Origin: a bacterium
Lineage (GTDB): Bacteria > Oederibacteriota > JAAXVQ01 > JAUVAV01
Direction of reading: 5' to 3'
DNA length: 64,000 bases
Assembly (NCBI GenBank): GCA_021108215.1
Contig: JAIORK010000045.1
Location: 64,594-128,593 of the forward strand
Shown: positions 20,415 through 30,763 of the stretch, one piece after another
Layout of the letters: every line of letters begins with the position of its first letter
Numbering within the stretch: the stretch's first letter is position 1
Made by a program: the position numbers and the translations under genes
The notes under the pieces: generated by a model
Told to the model about the DNA's origin: nothing
The model's input: only the letters and a program-made list of their open reading frames with translations
Database searches by the model: none

Positions 20415-21677
20415 ATGCGTATTTTACTGGCAGATGATGACCAGATCACCTTGCGGCTTTTGGAAAATTCCCTGAGACGCTCAAACTACGAAACCATCCT
20501 GGCCACGGATGGAGAGGCTGCCTGGAAAATCCTCACCACCCCGCCGATCCCGGAAATTGCATTGCTTGACTGGATGATGCCGGGTCTTGACGGAACCGAA
20601 ATCTGTCAGCGCCTCCGCACCCGGAATAAAGACGGTTTTGTTTATGCCATCTTAGTGACGTCCAACGACCGGCCCGAGGATATCACGGCCGGTTTGGATG
20701 CCGGTGCCAATGACTATATCACCAAACCATTTGATAAGGATGAATTAAAAAGCCGTATCGCAGTCGGTGTCCGGGTTGTCAGTTATGAAAAATCATTAAA
20801 AGCCGCCAATGAAAAACTGCTCAGTTATTCTTTGCAAATGGAAACACTGGCCCAGGAACGCGCCCAACAGCTTGTTCAGGCGGATCGAATGATTTCACTG
20901 GGAACCATGGCAGCCGGTATTGCCCACGAAATCAACAATCCCCTGACCATTGCACAGGGCAATGTCACCCTGATGAAAAATTTCTGGAACCACTTCGGCG
21001 AGAGTGCTTATTCTGAAAAATTCAACCAAACAAAATCACCGGAAAATTTCCATCCCACACCGAGTGATGTTGGCGAGATGATCCTGACAACAGAAAAAGC
21101 CATTAAACGTCTACGAAATATTGTCGATGGCATGCGCTCTTTTTCCCACGGACAAGGCGGCGAAGTGGAACTGCTTGACCAGGCCGCCTGTTTGAAAGAT
21201 GCCATTCAAATCTGTCTTCCCAAAACCAAGCATTTATGTCAGGTACGCAGTGAGATCGCAGACGTCCCTTTTCGTGTGATGGCCAATTCCGTCCAAATTA
21301 CACAGATCCTCGTTAATCTAATCGCCAATGCCGCTGATGCCCTGACAGGAACAAGCAAGGCTTCAATTACTATAAAAATCTTTCCGGAAAACAACCTGCT
21401 CAAAATAACTGTGCAAGACAACGGTCCGGGAATTCCAAATGAATCATTGAAAAAATTATGGAGCCCGTTTTTCACGACCAAACCCAAAGGCCAGGGCACA
21501 GGATTGGGATTATCGATCTGTTTGAAAATCGCACAGGACCATGGCGGTGACCTGCGGGTAAAATCAGAAATAGGTCACGGGACAACCTTCACGCTACTTT
21601 TACCGCCTGAAACCGAGCACAAAAAACAATTACAGGACCAAGTTGCGGAGCACTCCAGCGTTACCCTGAATACATAA
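20415..21677 (+). CDS. Hybrid response regulator-histidine kinase (N-terminal REC, HisKA, HATPase)
   Basis: REC ALLDWMMPGLDGTE, H-box HEINNPL, G-box [15 protein letters not shown] at 20415 follows AAGGAGA. Confidence 0.8.
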   Translation: MRILLADDDQITLRLLENSLRRSNYETILATDGEAAWKILTTPPIPEIALLDWMMPGLDGTEICQRLRTRNKDGFVYAILVTSNDRPEDITAGLDAGANDYITKPFDKDELKSRIAVGVRVVSYEKSLKAANEKLLSYSLQMETLAQERAQQLVQADRMISLGTMAAGIAHEINNPLTIAQGNVTLMKNFWNHFGESAYSEKFNQTKSPENFHPTPSDVGEMILTTEKAIKRLRNIVDGMRSFSHGQGGEVELLDQAACLKDAIQICLPKTKHLCQVRSEIADVPFRVMANSVQITQILVNLIANAADALTGTSKASITIKIFPENNLLKITVQDNGPGIPNESLKKLWSPFFTTKPKGQGTGLGLSICLKIAQDHGGDLRVKSEIGHGTTFTLLLPPETEHKKQLQDQVAEHSSVTLNT

Positions 21678-21837
21678 AAATCCCCAGATGGCGGCATTAT
21701 ACCGCTCGGCGGTCACCAAGCTTTTCCATTCCCGGCAACATTTCACTTCGTTTTTCATATTATGCAACAACTCTATTTTAAATAGTCAATCCCGAAAACA
21801 CGAAACGTATCGGGAATATTAAAAAAACAAAAAAAGA

Positions 21838-22126
21838 TCTGTGTGTGCTGTTGAACGAATAAGCTGCAGGGGTAGGGAATGGTCGCGACCATTCCCTACT
21901 CAGACGATTGATCGCGTGAGCTGCCAAAGGACAACGGTCGAAACGGGGATGCGGATAGACATAAAGTAACGGCCACGAAGGCGAAGTATCATCGTATCAT
22001 CCAACTCCCGGCATCCGGCATTCGCCGGACAAGTTACGCCGGGCAATGCCTGGCAGCGTACTTGCTCAATCGTTTAACCGGGCTTCATCGGGAAATGAGT
22101 TCCAATTTGATTTTTTCAAGATCAAC
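21838..22126 (-). mobile_element. MITE-like element copy C (reverse orientation) carrying a nested 42-bp CCGGCGAATGCCGG-type insertion
   Basis: Reverse complement aligns to copies A, B and D. REP at 21872-21899. Degenerate TIR TTTTTTCAAGATCAAC at 22111-22126. Shares the insertion AGGCATTGCCCGGCGTAACTTGTCCGGCGAATGCCGGATGCCGG with copy D. Confidence 0.65.
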
Positions 22127-22171
22127 TAAAAAATGCTTAGAGGCTGGCTCGCCTGTTTGACAACCCTATAA

Positions 22172-24796
22172 TCAGAGCGGAAAGTTTTTACGAAGATATT
22201 TGATTTCATCCTGCCGGGTAATTATTTTTCTTTCCAACCGCAACGCCAGCATTTTTTTTAATATCCGCTCATACACCGGACCGGGAGTGTACCCCATTTT
22301 TTTCAAATCCCGGCCGGTGGTATAAATTTTCACGTCCCGCCAGCGCGTCAAATACTTCCGAATAAGCTGTCCGGCAGGTTGTTTGCGATTTCGGTTCATT
22401 TCATACAGCAAAACCTCAACCGGAATATTTTTGAGACGGCGGACCGTCCCCATCGCTTGGGCACCGGCCATTTTCCCCAGCGCATCCACTGCCCGGTCAC
22501 CTGTTTTTTTTTGGACCAGCATCATCTCGGTTATTTTTTTAGGAAACTGACAGCGCTTGGCAAGCTCCAACATCTGAACAGTGCTCAACGGCGTCAGCAA
22601 GGTCATTAAATAGACTGCCGACTGATCAATTTCGTCTTCAAGAAACAAAATAACAAAAGCAAACGTTTCCCATACCGTCTCAACATGTGCCAGGACTTTT
22701 TTCATTGATTTCAGCGCCGGATGAATCCAAGGCCACAAACGCAACTGATCCAGACAGCGCAGCGCTTTTAAAGGTTGATCCTCCTTTAAAATCAGCATAA
22801 GTTCATCAAAGAGACGCGGCCGGGAAAGTTTTCCCATTAAATCACGTTTGAGCGCATGCTGAATATAACGCCGGGTATCCGGTTCAATGGCAAACCCAAA
22901 TCGCTGAGAAAAACGGATTGCCCTAAAAATCCGCGTCGGATCATCCACAAAACTTAAGGCATATAAAACCCGGATCAACCCGGCATGTAAGTCGTGCAAT
23001 CCGCCAAAATAATCCACCAATTCACCAAAGCGCCCGGGATTGATGCTGATGGCCATTGCATTAACTGTAAAATCGCGCCGAAACAGATCATATTTCAAGC
23101 TGGCCGCCTCCACCTGGGGCAACGCCGCCGGCGATACATAATATTCAGTCCGGGCTGAAGCAACATCAATCACGAAACTTCCGCGACAGTGAATTTTTGC
23201 AGTACCAAAACGTTCATGCGATTTTGCATGACCGCCTACCCGTTCGGCCAAAACCGCTGCATAGGCAATCCCATCGCCTTCGACCATGATATCCACATCA
23301 AGATTTTCCACCTGGAGTATAATATCACGCACAAATCCCCCAACCACATACGCCTTGATTCCCATGTGATCGGCAACCTCACCTGCGGTATGCAACAATG
23401 TCACCACACGCTCCGGCAAACGTTCCTGCAGCATGCGTCGAATTTGAGCACGGTCAAGCGGCCCTTCCTCCCAGGATGAAAAATAAGATTTTATAACAGG
23501 ATAAAATTCTTCCTCGCGGCCATGGCGCAAAATATCACTCTTGGTCACAATGCCGCAAATTTTGCCTTTTGTCACGATCGGCAGATAACTAATATTTTTA
23601 TCAATCATTTTTCGGCGGACACTCGACAGTGTTTCTTCCGGACCGGCAGTGACCGGCTGCGACCGCATAACCTCTTGAACAATCACCTGTTCCAGTCCAT
23701 GATGATATGCTTTGTCCAGGTCATGCAGTGTGACAATACCCACAAGTTGGTTTTTGTCAGTCACCGGCAATCCGGAATGCCTGAAACGCATCATCATTTT
23801 CCTGGCTTGCACGACCGTGGCAGCTGCCGTTACCGAAACCACCGGCGCGCTCATGATGGATGCCATAACAGCGGTCTTGGGAATCTCATGTTTAAGCCGC
23901 GCCAATAATTTACGGCGCAGTCCTGAAATATCGGTGTTTTTCAAAACCGCCGACGCGGCAGTGGCATGTCCGCCACCTTGAAATGCAGTGAGAATTTTCC
24001 CGCCATCCACACCGGGAAAACTGCTGCGTGCAATCACATAAGTGCGCGCATGCATTCGACAGAGGGCAAACAACACCGGAAGATTTTCCAATTCTTTAAT
24101 ACGATTGACAATCACCGCCAAATCCTCGATAAAAACTTCCCGTTGTGCCTGCACCAGACTAATTTCAACACCCTGGATGACGCGGGTAATGCGCGATTTA
24201 ATCAGATCCTCAAAAAGCAGTTGCTGTTCCTTGCGAAACGGCCGTTTCATGTATTCACTGACAATCGTAAGGTCCGCGCCCTGAGAAATCAAAAAACCTG
24301 CCGCAGCTAAATCTTCCGAACAGGTCGATGTATAGGTAAAATTCCCGGTCTCCTCGTACAGCCCCAATGCCAACAGGGTCGCTTCCATGGCAGTCAGGAT
24401 AATTTTCTTTTCTTGCAGCGCCTGAATGAGGATGGTGGTATTGGCTCCCACCTTTTTACAATACCGGCCGTGAGTACCCAGTCTGTTTTTTTTGTCCGGA
24501 TGATGATCATAACTGATTATCACCGGTGTCCCCTGATCAAGCAGTCGTCTAAATTCACCCAGCCTTTCCGCTGTGCTGACATCCACCAGAATAATTTTCT
24601 CAAATAGTTTGTTTCTTAAAAATCTGGCTTTGACCAACTTCGGAAATAAATCGGGATATTGTTTTATAAAATCACGTACGTTGTACTCCTGGGAACCAGG
24701 CAAAAAAATGTGCGCATTAGGGTACAGTTTGCCGGCTGCCAAAACAGATGCCAGGCCGTCAAAATCCGCATTGATGTGGGTCAGAATCAATTCCAT
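22172..24796 (-). CDS. Multidomain CCA-adding/poly(A) polymerase-family nucleotidyltransferase fused to DHH phosphoesterase and a CBS pair
   Basis: N-terminal DHH motifs (DFDGLASV, ISYDHHPD), two CBS domains, then GGFVRDIILQVENLDVDIMVEG (PolyA_pol head). Confidence 0.75.
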   Translation of the reverse strand: MELILTHINADFDGLASVLAAGKLYPNAHIFLPGSQEYNVRDFIKQYPDLFPKLVKARFLRNKLFEKIILVDVSTAERLGEFRRLLDQGTPVIISYDHHPDKKNRLGTHGRYCKKVGANTTILIQALQEKKIILTAMEATLLALGLYEETGNFTYTSTCSEDLAAAGFLISQGADLTIVSEYMKRPFRKEQQLLFEDLIKSRITRVIQGVEISLVQAQREVFIEDLAVIVNRIKELENLPVLFALCRMHARTYVIARSSFPGVDGGKILTAFQGGGHATAASAVLKNTDISGLRRKLLARLKHEIPKTAVMASIMSAPVVSVTAAATVVQARKMMMRFRHSGLPVTDKNQLVGIVTLHDLDKAYHHGLEQVIVQEVMRSQPVTAGPEETLSSVRRKMIDKNISYLPIVTKGKICGIVTKSDILRHGREEEFYPVIKSYFSSWEEGPLDRAQIRRMLQERLPERVVTLLHTAGEVADHMGIKAYVVGGFVRDIILQVENLDVDIMVEGDGIAYAAVLAERVGGHAKSHERFGTAKIHCRGSFVIDVASARTEYYVSPAALPQVEAASLKYDLFRRDFTVNAMAISINPGRFGELVDYFGGLHDLHAGLIRVLYALSFVDDPTRIFRAIRFSQRFGFAIEPDTRRYIQHALKRDLMGKLSRPRLFDELMLILKEDQPLKALRCLDQLRLWPWIHPALKSMKKVLAHVETVWETFAFVILFLEDEIDQSAVYLMTLLTPLSTVQMLELAKRCQFPKKITEMMLVQKKTGDRAVDALGKMAGAQAMGTVRRLKNIPVEVLLYEMNRNRKQPAGQLIRKYLTRWRDVKIYTTGRDLKKMGYTPGPVYERILKKMLALRLERKIITRQDEIKYLRKNFPL

Positions 24797-24892
24797 AGTT
24801 ACTATTATAGCCTTCTGTCGGTATATTTTCCCATAGAAATACCATTGATGAAATTGACGTCAGGGTAACAAACCTGCCGAGATAATATTAGT

Positions 24893-25167
24893 ATCGATCC
24901 TGAAAAAGTAAAATCAGAACTCATTTACCGATGAAGCCCGGTTAAACAATTGAGCAAGTACGCTGCCAGGCATTGCCCGGCGTAACTTGTCCGGCGAATG
25001 CCGGATGCCGGGATTCGGATGATACGATGATGCTCGCCTTCGTGGCCGCTATTTTAGTGTCTATCCTCATCCCCGTTCCGACCTTTGTCCTTTGGCAGCT
25101 CACGCGATCAATCGTTTGACCAGGCGATAGTAGGGAATGGTCGCGACCATTCCCTACTATCGGTGAA
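24893..25167 (+). mobile_element. MITE-like element copy D (intact 5' TIR, 3' truncated at the xerD stop) with a nested 42-bp insertion
   Basis: 5' TIR ATCGATCCTGAAAAAG at 24893-24908. REP at 25130-25157. Nested CCGGCGAATGCCGG at 24991-25004. Confidence 0.65.
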
Positions 25168-25188
25168 GACCGACTACACTCTCACCGC

Positions 25189-26130
25189 CTACGCCCGCGG
25201 GTGAAATTGCTTGTGCACGTTTTGCAGCCGTCTCCGGTCAACGTGAGTATAGATCTGGGTGGTGCCGATATCTGCGTGACCCAACATTTCCTGAACAATC
25301 CGCAGGTCCGCACCCCCGGCCAGCAGATGCGTGGCAAAAGAATGACGCAGTGTATGCGGTGAAATGGTTTTCGTAATCCCGGCCTTTCGGGCGTAACGTT
25401 TTAACAATTTCCAGAAACCAACACGCGAAAAACCCCGCCCTGGCCGGGAAAGAAAAAGCGGAACCGATGCTGCTTGCGTCCCCCGCATCTCTAAATAACG
25501 GCGGGTAATCGCCAACGCTGCCATGCCGATGGGAACCAGGCGTTCCTTCCGCCCTTTCCCCTTCACCAAAACATACCCCTCATCCCAGTGAATTTGACCG
25601 GGTACGACAGTCACCAGCTCGGAAACACGCATCCCGGTGGCATAGAGCATCTCCAGCATGGCACGATCCCGGACACCATTTCTCATCTTCAACTCCGGCG
25701 TACGCAAAAAATGCTCAACTTCAGCAACACTAAGGACATCCGGCAGTTTTTTCCACAACCGGTAGGATTCAAAATCCTCGGTCGGATCATACGCCGCAGT
25801 TCCCTCGGTTTTCAAGAACCGATGCAGGCCGCGCAAAGAGACCAAGACACGTACGATGGTTGCCGATGCCTTGGTTTGTTGCTGTAAACTTCCTAAAAAA
25901 TTCTGAATGTATTCTCTGCCCGGCGGTTGCCGGGGAGCAAAAGAAATTTTCCGTAATGCCAGATAGGCGAGGTATTGCTGAATATCCCCCTGATAGGCTG
26001 CCAATGTCAGGGGCGAGAGCCCTTTTTCCGCAGAAAGATATTCTGTAAATTCAAGCAACCAGTCCGGAATGTTTTTTGGGGATTTGGGGTTCATAGAAAT
26101 ATCATAGCGCATCTGCACAGCCGCGACCAC
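25189..26130 (-). CDS. xerD: Tyrosine site-specific recombinase XerC/XerD
   Basis: HTLRHSFATHLLAGGADLRIVQEMLGHADIGTTQIYTHV catalytic region (R..HxxR..Y). Confidence 0.85.
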   Translation of the reverse strand: MVAAVQMRYDISMNPKSPKNIPDWLLEFTEYLSAEKGLSPLTLAAYQGDIQQYLAYLALRKISFAPRQPPGREYIQNFLGSLQQQTKASATIVRVLVSLRGLHRFLKTEGTAAYDPTEDFESYRLWKKLPDVLSVAEVEHFLRTPELKMRNGVRDRAMLEMLYATGMRVSELVTVVPGQIHWDEGYVLVKGKGRKERLVPIGMAALAITRRYLEMRGTQAASVPLFLSRPGRGFSRVGFWKLLKRYARKAGITKTISPHTLRHSFATHLLAGGADLRIVQEMLGHADIGTTQIYTHVDRRRLQNVHKQFHPRA

Positions 26131-26360
26131 ACCTTTTCAACACCGTTGCCGCCTGTCAGGTGAGCCGAGTGTGACAGAATCATTTCCCATCCACCAACAT
26201 CAAAAAAAACGAGAAATACTGTTTATTTTGCAAAATATTTTAAAGAAAAATAAACCAACAGGCCGATAAAAAGAATACGTATCAACCCGGAAGCGATCTT
26301 GTGAACCCCTTCCATCTGACGCCGTCTTCTGCGAGCGCGTTCTTCAGTATCCATATCTCT

Positions 26361-27077
26361 TTATTTCCTTGCCAGCGCATTGTGATAGTACCATGACAAC
26401 CGGTCAATTTGCAGCCGGGACAAAACACGTCCAAAGGCATCCTGGTCTTTTTCAGAAGCAAATTTAAATACAGCACCATGGCGGTATCCAAAAAGACGGT
26501 TCCCTTTGACCCACATCACCTGCATATAATAATTTAAATTTTCCATGTCAGATGTCACTGCTTGAAATAAATCTCCGACCCCAAACTGCGTCCCCTGCGG
26601 CAGCCGGCGGGATGCTGAAAAACCGATTCCCGAAGGACTCATATCCTGTATCACCGCCTTCAGCCGGCTGATGATCTTGCCATCAGGCTGGGTAATATTT
26701 TTAAAACTGCAGGGCCGTCTCAAGTCAAAGCGGTAAAAGAGCCGCCGCTGCGCGCATAAAATCTCCCCATTGTGTTGGAGCGTAATATTGGAATTTTTTC
26801 CCTTCTCAATTTTATGAATCGTACCTTCTATATAGTACATTTTATCCGCACCTATTTTGGTTACCTGGACCGGCAAACCCGGTTCCACACGAATAAGTTC
26901 CCAAAATTTTTCCGGCAAATTGAGCGTCAAGGTTTGATTCTCACTCATTGTCACGACCGGATGAAACGTAACCGGATTCGCGGTGTCTGGATTGGTCAGG
27001 CCGATTTCATCGCCGCTTTGAATGATCTGATCAACCGGCTTCAACGCAACGTGGGGATCACGCAATTTAAATGCCAC
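26361..27077 (-). CDS. PilZ domain protein (c-di-GMP receptor, YcgR-like two-domain architecture)
   Basis: RRLFYRFDL (RxxxR) and DMSPSGIGF (DxSxxG) PilZ signatures. Confidence 0.65.
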   Translation of the reverse strand: MAFKLRDPHVALKPVDQIIQSGDEIGLTNPDTANPVTFHPVVTMSENQTLTLNLPEKFWELIRVEPGLPVQVTKIGADKMYYIEGTIHKIEKGKNSNITLQHNGEILCAQRRLFYRFDLRRPCSFKNITQPDGKIISRLKAVIQDMSPSGIGFSASRRLPQGTQFGVGDLFQAVTSDMENLNYYMQVMWVKGNRLFGYRHGAVFKFASEKDQDAFGRVLSRLQIDRLSWYYHNALARK

Positions 27078-27191
27078 AGGAAGCTCCTTTTATGGATACG
27101 GTCCAATTATTCACTTGGAGTATCGGCAAAACACGGTATCTTTTAACCCCATCATACACCATTGTACAATGTTTCTACTTTCCGATCATGC

Positions 27192-28178
27192 TTATTCCTT
27201 GGTCCAAATCCTGGTATTAAGGTCCATCTCCGCCACGATCGATTCCACCAATGCAAACAAGCCATACATTTCTTCCATATCCTCCAGCCGGACACCGGAG
27301 CTAAAAAGCCGCGGTTCAAACAGCGCTTTGCCAAAAGAGACCGCCACATATACCCGGCTGCCTAAAAAAGAGAGATAAACCGGCCGTTTCATTGTCTCCC
27401 TCAGCCGGGTAAGATTTTGCATGATTTTTGGTGTCAGGATGTACCGGGGTTCAATCTGGTCCAATCCGTAAACCACAAATTTTTTCTCAAAAGCCGGGTC
27501 TTCCATCTTCACCAGTGTCCCCCGACTCTTGTTCATGGCTTGCAGATGCTTCCCCAGTGATCCAAACAAAGACTCGGCCGTATCGGGCAAAACAAAGGTC
27601 TTGCCTTTAATATGCTTATTAAAATCAGCATGAAAAAACAGGCCTTTGAAAATAGTATGCCATTGCTCCCGCCGGTTGCCCTTGCTGTCATAGGAAACGG
27701 TTTTGTACTGGGTATGCAATTCGGAAAATTCAAAATCTGTCTTGCCAATCTTCCCGCCAATCAGGTCATCGCCTTTGTAGCGATCCACCCGTTGCCGAAA
27801 AAGCTCACTGCCAAAATAAACATCCCGATCAATAAACCGGTCATACGCATACTTCCAGTCCTTATTGTAGAGTTTTAAAATTTCAGCAACCACTTGTTCT
27901 TTAAACAACTTCCGGTATACACGATAGCGCTTGCCACTAATGACCACAGCGACGATAAAAATGCCAAGAATGACGAGCCAGGTAATTATCGTCGCGGCCT
28001 GAGTTGTCCCCAAAAGCCGAAACATGTTCAGCATCTTGGCCAGGATAAAAAAAACTCCTAAGACACCCAAGGTTGCCCAGACCGGTTTCATCACTTGCTT
28101 GCGAACCGTCTCCAGTGCCTGCAGCCGGGTTTTCAGTTCATTGTCGAAAAGATCCTTAATATGATTATCGTCTTCCAT
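27192..28178 (-). CDS. DUF3137-like membrane protein (family commonly paired with LemA)
   Basis: Two N-terminal TM helices followed by a roughly 250-aa soluble domain, immediately downstream of lemA. The family assignment is from memory of the architecture and the LemA pairing. Confidence 0.45.
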   Translation of the reverse strand: MEDDNHIKDLFDNELKTRLQALETVRKQVMKPVWATLGVLGVFFILAKMLNMFRLLGTTQAATIITWLVILGIFIVAVVISGKRYRVYRKLFKEQVVAEILKLYNKDWKYAYDRFIDRDVYFGSELFRQRVDRYKGDDLIGGKIGKTDFEFSELHTQYKTVSYDSKGNRREQWHTIFKGLFFHADFNKHIKGKTFVLPDTAESLFGSLGKHLQAMNKSRGTLVKMEDPAFEKKFVVYGLDQIEPRYILTPKIMQNLTRLRETMKRPVYLSFLGSRVYVAVSFGKALFEPRLFSSGVRLEDMEEMYGLFALVESIVAEMDLNTRIWTKE

Positions 28179-28196
28179 TGACCGCCCCTCTCCGGT

Positions 28197-28853
28197 TTAT
28201 GCCTTAAACATATCACCCACATTGACATTTTGGCGTTCTGCTTGTGTGATCTCAAAAACCTGCTTACGTTTGTATCTCATCATGCCGGCAATAATACTGG
28301 AAGGAAACATTTCAACACCGTTGTTGTACTCGGTCACGGTTGCATTGAAAGCCCGCCGGGCTGCTGAAATTTGGGATTCCACTTCATTCAAGCTTCTTTG
28401 CAACTGCATAAAATTTTCATTGGCTTTTAAATCCGGATAGTTTTCAACTGCCACCATCAAGCCCTTGACGGATTGTGTAATCTGGTTGTCCAGCACAACT
28501 TTTTCATCAGAATTCAGCGTCCCGGAAACAGCGCGGCTCCTGAGTTCAGTCAATTTTTCCAGAGTGTCTCTCTCATGCTGCATGTAATTCTTGACAGCTG
28601 AAATTAAATTCGGAATCAAATCATACCGCTTTTTCAATTGCGCATCAATCCCGCCAAAAGTATTTTCCACCGCATTCTTCTTGGCAACCAAACCATTATA
28701 GATACCAAGAATAATCAACAATCCCAAACCGACAGCACCTATTAGTACCATAAGGCCTATCCCCATATCCATCCTCCTTTTGGACAACATTTTATTTTTC
28801 CAGCCATTCCGCCCACCGGAAACACAGCTGTACTCATCCCCCGGCGAGTACAA
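28197..28853 (-). CDS. lemA: LemA family protein
   Basis: N-terminal TM helix plus YNGLVAKKNAVENTFGGIDAQLKKRYDLIPNLISAVKNY, the LemA signature (YN.LV...W..ID.QL+RR.DLIPNLV). Confidence 0.85.
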   Translation of the reverse strand: MYSPGDEYSCVSGGRNGWKNKMLSKRRMDMGIGLMVLIGAVGLGLLIILGIYNGLVAKKNAVENTFGGIDAQLKKRYDLIPNLISAVKNYMQHERDTLEKLTELRSRAVSGTLNSDEKVVLDNQITQSVKGLMVAVENYPDLKANENFMQLQRSLNEVESQISAARRAFNATVTEYNNGVEMFPSSIIAGMMRYKRKQVFEITQAERQNVNVGDMFKA

Positions 28854-28883
28854 CTTAAAAAACGAATCATCTCACCGGTTTGA

Positions 28884-29483
28884 TCAAAGCGGCAGTATGA
28901 CATCGCCTTGACTTCCACGTATTGCCGTAGGAATCAAACCGGTCAAAACCTCCATGACGGCAACGATAAAAACAATGACAATAACCAAATACAGCATACG
29001 CACAACCAATCCTTCCCATTGCACCAGCCGGCGCCGGGCTTTTCCAAAAACAGATGCCAGGAGCAACACCACCATCAACAGTGGGACCAGCTGACGCGAT
29101 TGAAAAACAAAATCATCTAAGATTAGAAAGTAAAGTGTCAAAGGAAAGACAATAAGAACAACCATCGCCAGATGGCATATAAAAAATGTATTCCACTGAA
29201 AAGCATCCCCAACGGAAGCAACGTGGAGGCGGCCGGCTGCGTTGCGCTGTCCGACTACAAAAAAAAGTGTGATATTTATAAAAACAACCCAAACCGTCGC
29301 AAACGCAATCAGATGATAATTATTGTTAAAATTAAAAGGATTGTCAGACGTAAGCAGATAATAGACTGTTACAAAATAAAGAATTTGCAGAACAAACATA
29401 ATCAGCAGCACGATCCCGGGTCCATACCACGGCGATCCGGGTAAATTTTTTTTTTGTGCTCCCTGAAATTCTTGCCGGTCCAT
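28884..29483 (-). CDS. Polytopic membrane protein of unknown function
   Basis: Five to six hydrophobic helices. Co-directional and tightly spaced in the SLT-LemA-DUF3137-PilZ gene string. Confidence 0.45.
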   Translation of the reverse strand: MDRQEFQGAQKKNLPGSPWYGPGIVLLIMFVLQILYFVTVYYLLTSDNPFNFNNNYHLIAFATVWVVFINITLFFVVGQRNAAGRLHVASVGDAFQWNTFFICHLAMVVLIVFPLTLYFLILDDFVFQSRQLVPLLMVVLLLASVFGKARRRLVQWEGLVVRMLYLVIVIVFIVAVMEVLTGLIPTAIRGSQGDVILPL

Positions 29484-29666
29484 ACCGTCTCCTTCACAGG
29501 TGATATATCATTATGCGCGAAGGACTAAAGCAAATCAATTAAGAAAATAAATATTAATGTTTCGGGTTATCTGATTGCCGGCAACGTCACCTTTTGTAGA
29601 TACCTTCATCCTTGCAATCCCCTGCGTACGACTTATTCCATCAATCCAAAACCAGCTTACCTTGAT

Positions 29667-30527
29667 TCATTTATTCTCTTCAAGAATGCGAATCATTTTG
29701 TACCCTTCCGAATACCCCGAAACACTCCCCGCAACGAATGACGGAGATAAAAACACCTCAGCCGCACGTGAAGCGGCCAAAGGAACCCCTTGATTTCTCA
29801 AAATAAAATAGCGCGTTGTATTCCGGCCTTGTTTCATCTGCCGAACCATGGCTTTTTCCCATGGTTTTTCCAAAATCAACGAGTAAATTTTTTCAGGATA
29901 GATCCATGACCGTCTAAAGCCATTGTAAGCCTTCAATGTCATATCCAACTCACTGTGGTTGGCCAAATCATACTTTGCTTCGATCCGCAGCCAGTCTTTT
30001 CTTCTGCGTAAATACCGGATATACTCCCGTTTTTTTTCCAGCATGCGAATGCCGGCCTCAATATTATAAATAGGATCTATCTTGATTTTTTCCAGATCCC
30101 AAAGTGAAGCATCCAGACAGTGCGAGTCCTCATTAATCTGCATAATACCCACGTCATATGTTTTCCGCTTATTTCCCGCCCGGCGGACGACGGTTCCGTT
30201 CACCAGCGGGCGCCCCTGCACATCTGTTTGCCGCCACTCGCTTTCATACCAGGCAATCGCCTTCACCATTTCAACAGGAAAATCCGTCCGAGCAGTCTCA
30301 AATTTTCGGTTCATCATCGCAAAATTCCGGGTTTGCCAGGTTGATAAAATTTCCGGACGCTTGGCTGCGTCGTGACGCAATGTCTGTCCGGCTTGCCCAT
30401 TGAATCCGGCATAGGTGCTGGACCAGGGAGCATATATCAGGAGCACGGTACCCAACACACTAAATACCCCTATTTTTATCATCACCCATAAACCCCAGCC
30501 AAGTCGTGGGTTACCATTTTTATGCAT
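29667..30527 (-). CDS. Lytic transglycosylase-like (SLT domain) protein with N-terminal TM/signal
   Basis: IAWYESEWRQ ... YDVGIMQIN resembles the SLT catalytic ES...GLMQ motif pair. Confidence 0.5.
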   Translation of the reverse strand: MHKNGNPRLGWGLWVMIKIGVFSVLGTVLLIYAPWSSTYAGFNGQAGQTLRHDAAKRPEILSTWQTRNFAMMNRKFETARTDFPVEMVKAIAWYESEWRQTDVQGRPLVNGTVVRRAGNKRKTYDVGIMQINEDSHCLDASLWDLEKIKIDPIYNIEAGIRMLEKKREYIRYLRRRKDWLRIEAKYDLANHSELDMTLKAYNGFRRSWIYPEKIYSLILEKPWEKAMVRQMKQGRNTTRYFILRNQGVPLAASRAAEVFLSPSFVAGSVSGYSEGYKMIRILEENK

Positions 30528-30640
30528 TTATCTTTTCCTCTGTTTTTCTACCCTCGGGATACTCTCTATGAAAAAAACGTGACAGGATGTCGTTGCTTGA
30601 GACTCTATCTTATCCATAAATTTTTGACACAAAAAAAGAG

Positions 30641-30671
30641 CGGATACTTTCCCGCTCTTTTTCAGGCACCA
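30641..30671. terminator. Bidirectional intrinsic terminator downstream of the MFS transporter gene
   Basis: AAAAAAAGAGCGG-ATACTTT-CCCGCTCTTTTT. Confidence 0.65.
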
Positions 30672-30763
30672 CCCTATCATTTTCATGATTTTATGTCAAT
30701 TCAAATGAAGCCAACAAATGCATCACCGGACGTGCACTTTATACCCGCGCTTTTTTGCCATCC

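Noticed and set aside
26282-26491. 69-aa minus-strand ORF overlapping the 3' end of the PilZ gene
   Set aside because: Different frame, overlapping a well-supported CDS. No RBS and no domain signal.
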